A stretch of 24,075 nucleotides of DNA, taken from NCBI GenBank assembly GCA_964607485.1, contig CAZSKP010000040.1:16380-40454 (forward strand), written 5' to 3'. The translations under genes and the position numbers were made by a program. Below the pieces are notes generated by a model. The model did not search any database. It was given only the letters and a program-made list of their open reading frames with translations, and was not told the origin of the DNA. The stretch's first letter is position 1. Each line of letters opens with the position of its first letter. This document shows positions 16,622 to 24,075 of this stretch, one piece after another. The DNA comes from an uncultured bacterium. Lineage in GTDB: Bacteria > Abyssobacteria > SURF-5.

Positions 16622-16638
16622 CATTCGGAGCCGGCTTA

Positions 16639-17553
16639 TTGAGGAAATTCACATCAGCGCTGAAAATCGGCGTCTCTCTCCTCATTTTCCTTTTCCTTTT
16701 CCGCAAGGCAAACCTCTCGCAAAGCGTCCAATACCTGGGCGACCTCCGGTATTCCTTCCTCCTGCTTTCCATCGTGCTGATAGTGCTGGGCCAGTTCGTA
16801 CGCTCTCACAGGCTTGGCATCATGGTCTTCGGCGAGTCGGCGCGGCACGAGCTCTGGCAGATGATGCGTGTTCAGATGGTTTCCTTCCTTCCGGGCGTCG
16901 TCTCGCCCGCCAAGATTGGCGAGCTCACGAAGGTGTACATGCTCCAGTCCGAATCGGATGTGCCGATAGCGCGCGGGCTGGCGTGCTTCGTGGCGGAAAG
17001 GGTGCTGGACGTGCTCCTGCTTGGGCCGGTTGGGCTGGTCGGCCTGTATGTCTTCTTCAAGGCGGGACTGCGTATCCGCCTTCAGCCGCGAGCGGAGCAC
17101 CTGATCATCCTTGTCGCGCTCGCTATCGCCCTGGGGCTGGTGGCGGGTCTTCTGTGGGCGCGCCGCCGGGGAATCTCTCCGGTTGACCTTTGGCGGACCG
17201 TGTCGCCGACGCGGCTTGTCGAGGCCGCCGCGCTGACGGTGATATTCTGGAGCATCGTCTGCCTGGAAGTCTGGTGTTTCTGCAAGGCGGCTCTTTTCAA
17301 CGGGCCCGCCTGGCACGTCGCGCTCGCTGTTCCCCCCGCGCTGCTGTCCGCGATGATTCCGATAACCTTTTCGGGTTTTGGACTGCGCGAGGCCGCCATG
17401 ATAATATTGCTGCAGAGGCCTCCCGTCGGTACGAATTATGAACAGGCCCTCCTGGTCAGCCTGATGTATGACGTAATCGGTCTGGGAGTGCCCGCTCTCA
17501 TGGGAGGTTTCTTCTGGCTGATGGGGAAGAAGGATGGCGGTCAGCAGGCTTGA
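16639..17553 (+). CDS. Lysylphosphatidylglycerol synthase TM-like / UPF0104 flippase-like membrane protein
   Basis: Multi-pass; PAKIGELTKVY, ERVLD, IPITFSGFGLREAA; TTG start with RBS GGAG. Confidence 0.85.
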   Translation: MRKFTSALKIGVSLLIFLFLFRKANLSQSVQYLGDLRYSFLLLSIVLIVLGQFVRSHRLGIMVFGESARHELWQMMRVQMVSFLPGVVSPAKIGELTKVYMLQSESDVPIARGLACFVAERVLDVLLLGPVGLVGLYVFFKAGLRIRLQPRAEHLIILVALAIALGLVAGLLWARRRGISPVDLWRTVSPTRLVEAAALTVIFWSIVCLEVWCFCKAALFNGPAWHVALAVPPALLSAMIPITFSGFGLREAAMIILLQRPPVGTNYEQALLVSLMYDVIGLGVPALMGGFFWLMGKKDGGQQA

Positions 17554-20101
17554 GATAAGAAACGGCGAGTTCCTGCTCGACGACGCTCTCGTCGGGCATC
17601 TGGCGACGAACCCGCCCGAGGGCGTCACAGCGAGCACGGAGACCGTCACGGAAGAAGGCGTCGTTTCTCTCAGGCTTCGTTGGACGATTGAAAGCAGCCC
17701 CGACCTGCTGCTTCCGCTCGAACTACTCAGGCTTCGGTTGGACGAATTCTACCCGAAAGCCGCGTTCATAGCGGGAAGGAGGTATGAGCTCTCCCATGCC
17801 GAGCGCACGGCGGGCGAGAAGCTGGGGTTTCCCTACAACACGTACTACAAATTTCGCATAAAGGCGCGCCTTCCGTACGACGCCGCGTTGAATTCGAAAA
17901 TGCCGGTCGCCTGCTGGGAAGAGAAACACAGGGCCTTCGCCGTCGCATTTCCGAAAACCGTGATGCTTCCCCAGGAAGACTGGCCGGTGTTTGTAAAGGC
18001 GACCGGAGCGGAGGCTGTCGTGGATTTTTCCGCGGCGCTGTTGAGCGAGTTTCAGGTGCAGCGGAAACCGTTCGGATGGTTCAGCACGCGCGTGCACCGC
18101 ACGGAACACGCCTTGAGGCTGTCCGAAGGCCAGTCGTTCGAGGCGACCTTCCTCATCGTCGCCGCCAACGCGTGGGTCGAATGCGTCCGCGCGCTCGCAA
18201 GACATCTGCACGCGGCCCGGCAGGATGCCGGTGAGGTCCCGGCCGAATCCATGGCGAATATGCTCAAGGGCGCCATCCGCTTTTACGACAGGGTCTGGGA
18301 CGGACACAACCGGACGCATGTGCATCTGCCGATAAAGAACGTTCCCCGATTCGAATCGGTCGAATTCAAGCATTCGCACATAACCGACGACCTCGCCAAG
18401 CTGGTCCTCTATCGCAGGCTTGCCCGGATGGGATGCGCCAAGCTGTCCGGGCGCGAGCGCGAGCTCCTGTCGAGACTCGCCGGCGGCTCGTACTGCCGCG
18501 AACGGGACGGAAGCGGCGTGTGGCATACGACCACCTTTTTCAACGGAAACGGCCTCGAGGCGTTCACGCATCACGGCGTCGGTTTCGTCGGATTCCCCGG
18601 CGGCATGGCGACCGTCGTGAGAAGACTTTTTGAATACTGTGCCCTCGATTGCAATGACGCACTCGAAAACATGGCGCGGTCGGGGGCGGACTGGCTGCTG
18701 AGAACGCAGGCCGAGGACGGCTCGTGGCCGGCCTCGATGGGAGAAACGAAGGGCGGAATTCGCACCGGATGCGTCGCAAGCACAGCCGAGGCGGCCCGAG
18801 CGCTCGCAGCGGCGTATCTTCGAACGGAAAACAAGGAATACCATGCGGCCGCCGACGCGGGCATGCGCTTCGTAAACCGGGAAGAAAGCTTCTTCGAGTG
18901 CATGCGGTATCTGCGCGATGTCGAACCCGACGAGGCCGACGGCATCAGCGCGGAAGCATGCATCCACGCAAACCTCGACCTCCATGACCTCGGGCGCGAC
19001 GCCCGATTCCTCGAGCAGGCCGAGAAGTGGGGCTGCTATGCACTCCAGTGGATTCGGCCCCTGTCAGCCGAGCGCCGCGCGGAGCCGTCGTTCGACGGAC
19101 TGTCGCGGTCGATCACTCCCCGCATCGACGTGTGGGGCGGCCTGCTCATTGCGCGGGCATTCCTGATGCTGTCGCGGACGACCGGCGAACAAGCCTGGCG
19201 CGTCCATGCATGGCGGCTGTTTGAAAACATCGCAAGCCTCCAGGAGCGCGACGGCGGCCTGTGCGAGACGTGGTTCCTCGACTTTCCATCGGGTCTCGAG
19301 AGCATTCACATCGAGCCCACGTTTACCACCGACGCGTTCGTCGAGTTCATCCTCGACGCCTGCCGCGACGATGGGGAAAACGCCCTCGAAAGCGCGCTTG
19401 CTCCGCGGAGCCGTCCGCCGCTCGAAACGACGGGGACGGTCAAGGGGCTGGTCGAGATTTCCGAGGCGCGGCCGGAGTTCGTCATCGACGGGGGCTTGCG
19501 ACTCGCCCTCGCCTTCGACGGCGCGTACGATTCGCTCAGCAGAGCCGTCCAAGCCGTCTACACGATGCTTCGCGAGATTCGACCCGGCCGTCCCGTGTTG
19601 AAATTAGCGCCGATTGCGAAAATCCTGCTTAACCGGCACCGCCTGAGTGCGCCCTTGTCAAGGATCGGCAGAACCGACTTCGTCGAAGTGATGAGCCATG
19701 CGGTCGAGGAGTCCGAGGACGGTCGTCGAACGCATCGATACCGAACGCCGTTCCACGACATAGCGCTCTCTGTCGTTTCAGAGGGCGCCGCTCCCGGCGG
19801 CCTGACCGCCGCCGACATAGAACTCGGGGTAAGGACGCTCGTCGGCGACGTGCGCGTGAGGCAGGTCAGAATCGACCTGCTGGGCAACTACGACATACGG
19901 TCGGTCCGGGGGGAGGACGAGTTTGTCGTCTCATCCGCCGGAAACGAGTACTCCTTTGAGATAACCGACGGCTCGATTGACGCCATTATCCGCGACGGCG
20001 ACAGGCTGGCCCTCGATGTCAGCCTGAGCGCGAACTGGAACTTCTTCGGCGAATACAGCCTTGGCCTGCGCGTCGTGCGCCGCCCCAAGGAACAGCATTG
20101 A
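17534..20101 (+). CDS. Uncharacterised 855-aa protein with a central alpha/alpha-toroid domain (QW-like repeats)
   Basis: Long ORF with RBS AAGAAGGA overlapping the upstream gene; ADWLLRTQAEDGSW and IASLQERDGGL motifs; helical repeats such as YLRTENKEYHAAA, DARFLEQAEKWG, SRTTGEQAWRVHA; beta-rich termini. Confidence 0.7.
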   Translation: MAVSRLEIRNGEFLLDDALVGHLATNPPEGVTASTETVTEEGVVSLRLRWTIESSPDLLLPLELLRLRLDEFYPKAAFIAGRRYELSHAERTAGEKLGFPYNTYYKFRIKARLPYDAALNSKMPVACWEEKHRAFAVAFPKTVMLPQEDWPVFVKATGAEAVVDFSAALLSEFQVQRKPFGWFSTRVHRTEHALRLSEGQSFEATFLIVAANAWVECVRALARHLHAARQDAGEVPAESMANMLKGAIRFYDRVWDGHNRTHVHLPIKNVPRFESVEFKHSHITDDLAKLVLYRRLARMGCAKLSGRERELLSRLAGGSYCRERDGSGVWHTTTFFNGNGLEAFTHHGVGFVGFPGGMATVVRRLFEYCALDCNDALENMARSGADWLLRTQAEDGSWPASMGETKGGIRTGCVASTAEAARALAAAYLRTENKEYHAAADAGMRFVNREESFFECMRYLRDVEPDEADGISAEACIHANLDLHDLGRDARFLEQAEKWGCYALQWIRPLSAERRAEPSFDGLSRSITPRIDVWGGLLIARAFLMLSRTTGEQAWRVHAWRLFENIASLQERDGGLCETWFLDFPSGLESIHIEPTFTTDAFVEFILDACRDDGENALESALAPRSRPPLETTGTVKGLVEISEARPEFVIDGGLRLALAFDGAYDSLSRAVQAVYTMLREIRPGRPVLKLAPIAKILLNRHRLSAPLSRIGRTDFVEVMSHAVEESEDGRRTHRYRTPFHDIALSVVSEGAAPGGLTAADIELGVRTLVGDVRVRQVRIDLLGNYDIRSVRGEDEFVVSSAGNEYSFEITDGSIDAIIRDGDRLALDVSLSANWNFFGEYSLGLRVVRRPKEQH

Positions 20102-20117
20102 CGAGAGACCGAATGAG

Positions 20118-21311
20118 ATGGAATCGCTCATCCTGACAATTTCGCTCGCCGCCCTGTTGATCGCACTGGGCGAATATGTTCTCTACAACTTCATTATGTT
20201 GCTCGCGCGCCTGTTGCGGTCCCGAAGGCGCGGTCCCGACTTCACGCCTCCATTGACCGTCATCGTCCCCGCGCACAATGAGGAGAAGCATATCCGCAGA
20301 AAGCTCGGAAACGTGCTGAGCTCCGACTATCCGCGAGACCTCCTCGAAGTGATCGTCATCGATGACGGCTCCACCGACGGAACGGCCGAGGCGGTGCGCG
20401 AATTCGAAGCCGAAGGGGTCAAACTGCTCCAGACCGGCGAACGCAAGGGGAAGATATTCGCTCAGAAAGCGGCGTTCTTCCATGCGTCAGCGGATATTGT
20501 CGCAATCACGGATGCGACGGTGCTGGTTCCCTCCGACGGACTGCGCAGGCTGGCCGCGCACATGTCCGACCCGCGCGTCGGCGCGGTATCGGCGGGCGTA
20601 TCGGTTCGCAACCGGGGTGTGAACTATCTGACCCGCGTCGCGCAGTTCTTGTTTGACATCCAGAACGCGCAGAAACTGGGCGAGAGCCTGCTCGACAGCG
20701 CCGCCGGCTTGTTCGGCCAGTTGTCGCTCGTCCGACGCGAGGCGGTCGGAGACTTCTCGACCGACGTGATATACGAGGATCGGGAGTTCGGCATCGCGCT
20801 CAGGGAACGCGGATACCGCGCGAAGTTCGAGCCGGGCGTCGCTGCCACGTATCACGCTCCCGAGTCGCTCGAGGATTTTTCGCGACAGAAGCAGCGCAAC
20901 ATCGGCGCCATGACGCAATCGCTCATCCGCCACTGGAGGCTGCTGTACAATCCGCGATACGGGTGGTACGGGATGTTGATATTTCCCGAATATTCGTTGT
21001 TCCGGCTGTTGAGGGTCTATCTGCTGGCGGCTTCGTTCCTCGCGGCCGCAGTTTACTGCATCGCATTCGAGCCGGGCTCGGCGGTTCCTCTGCTCGGGTC
21101 GATGGCCTTGGCGGTTCTCGGATGTTACGTTATAGGGACGGCGCTGCTCGCTCCGCTCGTGACTCAGCCGGTGCGGTTTCTGCTGGACATCTTCACGGCG
21201 GTCCCGGCGATGGCGCTCGTTGCGGCGCATTTTGCGACCGCGACCGTGGGCTACTTCAGGGGCGACGCCAGCGCGCTGTGGCAACGGGTGAAGCGAGACC
21301 GGACGGTGTGA
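20118..21311 (+). CDS. GT2 glycosyltransferase, membrane-embedded (CesA/PgaC/HpnI-like) with atypical motifs
   Basis: N-terminal TM, IVPAHNEE, IDDGSTD, GKIFAQ, DPRVGAVS, YEDREF, QKQRN, C-terminal TM helices. Confidence 0.87.
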   Translation: MESLILTISLAALLIALGEYVLYNFIMLLARLLRSRRRGPDFTPPLTVIVPAHNEEKHIRRKLGNVLSSDYPRDLLEVIVIDDGSTDGTAEAVREFEAEGVKLLQTGERKGKIFAQKAAFFHASADIVAITDATVLVPSDGLRRLAAHMSDPRVGAVSAGVSVRNRGVNYLTRVAQFLFDIQNAQKLGESLLDSAAGLFGQLSLVRREAVGDFSTDVIYEDREFGIALRERGYRAKFEPGVAATYHAPESLEDFSRQKQRNIGAMTQSLIRHWRLLYNPRYGWYGMLIFPEYSLFRLLRVYLLAASFLAAAVYCIAFEPGSAVPLLGSMALAVLGCYVIGTALLAPLVTQPVRFLLDIFTAVPAMALVAAHFATATVGYFRGDASALWQRVKRDRTV

Positions 21312-21314
21312 CCG

Positions 21315-22745
21315 ATGAAGAGCCTATTGCTCAATCCGCAGCCCGAACGCAACGTCACGATCAGCCGCGACCACATGGGCGGCTTCGGGTTCGAAATCAA
21401 GAGCGGCAACATCACGCCTCCATTGAACCTCGCATATTGCGCGGCCGTCATCGAGAGCATCGGGCTCGAGGCGGAGATTCTGGATGCCGTCGCGCTGAGA
21501 TGGAAGCCGGATAAGGTATTGGGATGGGTGCGCGAGCGGGGCTACGGGCTCGTGGGCATCAACACCGCCACCCCTTCCATCGTCGACGACCTTGCCATGG
21601 CGGATTCCATAAAGCGGGCGTCGCCGCAGACGTTCGTCGCGCTGCTCGGGCCGCACGTGTCGGTCTTCTCCGAGGAGGCGCTGCGTGAATCGCGTGCGGA
21701 CGGCGTCGTGCGTGGCGAGCCGGAATACACGCTGGCCGAGCTTGCGAACGCGCTCGCCAAGGGCAACCCGTTGGACGGGATACTCGGCCTGAGCGCGAGG
21801 TCCGAAGAAGGAATTCGGCGCTTTGACGACAGGCCGTTGAACGAGAACCTCGATTCGGTCCCATTTCCCGCGCGCCACCTGCTTCCGATGGGCAGGTACC
21901 GCTCGGCGGTATGGGGAAAGAGGCCCTTCACGACCATGCTCACCAGCCGGGGCTGCTTCTACGGGTGCACGTACTGTCCGTACCGCATCGGACACGGCAC
22001 GAAATGGCGCGCCCGAAGCGCCGAGAACGTTGTCGATGAGGTCGAAGAATGCGTGCGGCGGTACGGCGTGCGCGAGATACTTTTTCGCGACCCGCTGTTC
22101 ACGGCCGACCGGGAGAGGGCGGCGCGGATAAGCGAGCTGATCGTGTCGCGGGGGATAAAGGTCGATTGGCGGTGCGAGACGCGCGCCGACCTCGCGACCG
22201 AGGAATTGATAGATTCGTTTGCCCGTGCCGGATGCAAGGAGATCAATTTCGGCGTGGAATCGGGCAGTCCCGAAATACTGAAAGACGTGGGCCGCACGGC
22301 CATCCCGCGCGAGCGCATCCGAAAAATATTCGAGAAATGCCGGGGTGCGGGAATCGAGACGATGGCATTCTTCATCATCGGCCTTCCCGGCGAAACGGAG
22401 AGCACCGTCGAGGCGACCGTGCGTCTGGCCATCGAGCTCAATCCCGACGTGGCCCAGTTCACCGCGGCCACCCCCTACCCCGACACGCCGTACTACGAAC
22501 AGCTGAAACAGGAGGGGCTGCTCACGGAGGATTGGTCTCTGTTCACCAGCCGCGCGCCCGTGGTGGGAACGAGGGAGCTCAGCCCCGAAAAGCTTCGCGA
22601 GCTCATCGCGGGAGCGTACCGCAGGTTCTATTTCCGGCCGCCATACGTGCTGATGCGGATGAAGAGGCTGAGATCGCCGCATCAGGTGATGCGGCTGTTC
22701 AGAGGCGTGTGGAGCGCCCTCAGATACGCGGGCGTAGCTCGATGA
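21315..22745 (+). CDS. Cobalamin-binding radical SAM protein
   Basis: N-terminal B12-binding region (PPLNLAY, LLGPHVS, VVRGEPE), SRGCFYGCTYC CxxxCxxC, FGVESGS, FIIGLPGET, TPYPDTP. Confidence 0.92.
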   Translation: MKSLLLNPQPERNVTISRDHMGGFGFEIKSGNITPPLNLAYCAAVIESIGLEAEILDAVALRWKPDKVLGWVRERGYGLVGINTATPSIVDDLAMADSIKRASPQTFVALLGPHVSVFSEEALRESRADGVVRGEPEYTLAELANALAKGNPLDGILGLSARSEEGIRRFDDRPLNENLDSVPFPARHLLPMGRYRSAVWGKRPFTTMLTSRGCFYGCTYCPYRIGHGTKWRARSAENVVDEVEECVRRYGVREILFRDPLFTADRERAARISELIVSRGIKVDWRCETRADLATEELIDSFARAGCKEINFGVESGSPEILKDVGRTAIPRERIRKIFEKCRGAGIETMAFFIIGLPGETESTVEATVRLAIELNPDVAQFTAATPYPDTPYYEQLKQEGLLTEDWSLFTSRAPVVGTRELSPEKLRELIAGAYRRFYFRPPYVLMRMKRLRSPHQVMRLFRGVWSALRYAGVAR

Positions 22746-22786
22746 TATGGAACTAGGAATGTTCAATCGCCATACCGCTCTTTTAC

Positions 22787-22816
22787 TTGACCACAACGAA
22801 AGTCTCTATATATAAT
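22787..22816 (+). promoter_or_regulatory. Sigma-70 promoter
   Basis: TTGACC-18 nt-TATAAT, ~80 nt upstream of ATG 22894. Confidence 0.7.
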
Positions 22817-22893
22817 GAAAGCGGGTAGCTCTTTTTTCGCATGAAGTCGGGCCCCACTGAGAATTCGACCGTGTCGGCGTGCGAGGAGAAGAA

Positions 22894-24075
22894 ATGAGCT
22901 CGGACGATGTTCACGAGCCTCGGCACTGGAAGGTGAAGAAGCACGATGGCAGCCGGCTCGAACCCGCCAATCTTGATGTTCTCAGGCAGTGGGTCGCATC
23001 TCGCCAGATAGAGCCCGACGATCTCGTCATCAACGAAGACCTCGCCGATTGGATTCGCGCCTCGGAGGTCCTGGAGTTGTTCGACCTGTTCGAGGAGCGC
23101 GGAGCCAAGCCCGAACCCCCACCGCCCTCTCCGGCCGAGCCCGAGCCGATGCCGATAGAGATACGGGAGGCCGAGGTCGAGGTTCCCGACTGCGCCTACC
23201 ACCCTGGCCGCAAGGCCACGGAGATATGCGTCGGATGCGGCAAGTTCATCTGTGAAGAGTGTCGTGAGCGGCTCGAAGGCAAGATGTACTGCCGCAGATG
23301 CAAGGCGGAGAAGCAGGCGGGAGTCGAACCGGGCGCTCCGGTCGGGCCGGGCGCTCCGGCCCGGATCATCTCCGGTGTCCCTCCGGCGTTCGCGATGAGC
23401 AGGCTGGCAATCGCAAGCCTTGTGTTGGCAGTCGTTGCGCTTCTGGCGTCGTCGATGATGGTTGTGCCGAGATTCATCCTTACGACAGCCCCGGCAGTCG
23501 GGTTTATCGCGTTCATCGCCGCCATGTTAGGCGGTCTGGCCTTCAACAGAATCCGGTTGAGCGGAGGCGCCCTGCGCGGCGGTCCGTTTGCCCTCGCCGG
23601 ACTGATCGCGGGCTGCTTGATTCTTGTGGCGTCGCTGACGGTGGCGTTCATCTTCACGGGGAGGCTCCAGCGGGCGTCCGAGGGCGAAACCGGGAGACTG
23701 ACCCAACTTGGCCAACCGATTCCGGGCCGCAGGCAGGGAGTCACGCGCACGCAGCCGCTCCCGGAACTCACGACACTGGCGCGGGAGGAACGCGAGGTCA
23801 ACGCCAGACAGCTTCTCGAACAAGTGGAGAAATATCTGAACGAAGGCCAACTGGACCAAGCGGTGAGCATATCCAAGACCATCCTCGGACTCTATCCGGA
23901 TACAGAAACGGCAAAGCTTGTCGAGGAGCGATTGCCCGCGCTCGAACAGGCGCTCACGAGAAAACGGGCCGAAGAAGAGGAGATAAAGCGGCAGAACGAG
24001 CAGCTCTCGCAGCAGAGGTTTGATCATGCCCTCACGATGTACTCCGAAGGAAATCGCGCCACCGCCCTGGATCTG
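22894..24075 (+). CDS. Partial multidomain membrane protein: GYF_2-like, B-box zinc finger, DUF4190-like TM region, TPR-like (runs off window)
   Basis: Translated by hand from ATG 22894 (RBS GAGGAG): HWKVKKHDGSRLEPANLDVLRQWV...WIRASEV; CAYHPGRKATEICVGCGKFICEECR...YCRRC; SRLAIASLVLAV...GGPFALAGLIAG; AVSISKTILGLYPDT. No stop before the window end, so absent from the ORF track. Confidence 0.85.
   Translation, partial: MSSDDVHEPRHWKVKKHDGSRLEPANLDVLRQWVASRQIEPDDLVINEDLADWIRASEVLELFDLFEERGAKPEPPPPSPAEPEPMPIEIREAEVEVPDCAYHPGRKATEICVGCGKFICEECRERLEGKMYCRRCKAEKQAGVEPGAPVGPGAPARIISGVPPAFAMSRLAIASLVLAVVALLASSMMVVPRFILTTAPAVGFIAFIAAMLGGLAFNRIRLSGGALRGGPFALAGLIAGCLILVASLTVAFIFTGRLQRASEGETGRLTQLGQPIPGRRQGVTRTQPLPELTTLAREEREVNARQLLEQVEKYLNEGQLDQAVSISKTILGLYPDTETAKLVEERLPALEQALTRKRAEEEEIKRQNEQLSQQRFDHALTMYSEGNRATALDL

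Noticed and set aside
17534-20101. Squalene-hopene cyclase (shc)
   Set aside because: No DxDDTA catalytic motif and only about two QW-like motifs.
22773-22835. Short inverted and direct repeats around the last promoter (TACCGCT/AGCGGGTA; GCTCTTTT twice)
   Set aside because: Only 7-8 nt and imperfect; cannot be told from chance without comparative data.

Overview
GC-rich bacterial chromosomal window. (1) 138-5682 (-): complete type IV pilus pilMNOPQ operon with a near-consensus sigma-54 promoter and an intrinsic terminator; PilQ carries a ~275-aa acidic linker. (2) 6404-8183 (+): divergent from pilM, an intact phage-type terminase pair (HTH small-subunit-like gene plus large subunit with all ATPase and nuclease motifs) with no other phage gene in the window, followed by a PfpI/DJ-1 gene and a terminator. 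(3) 9065-11203 (+): small TPR protein, two Fe-S proteins and a Cys-containing V4R/ATC-hydrolase-like protein. (4) ~11300-15600: lower-GC accessory stretch bounded by REP-like palindromes, with a membrane-anchored TPR protein built of 120-bp repeats and interrupted by an in-frame TAG, a Yip1-TPR protein, an ICMT-family methyltransferase and an intrastrand-triplex-type element. (5) 15758-22745 (+): five-gene operon (GT2, flippase-like membrane protein, 855-aa alpha/alpha-toroid protein with QW-like motifs, atypical GT2, B12-binding radical SAM), probably for glycolipid or surface-glycan modification. (6) 22894-end (+): partial GYF_2/B-box/DUF4190/TPR membrane protein missing from the ORF track. 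All family calls come from motif recognition by eye; no searches were run.
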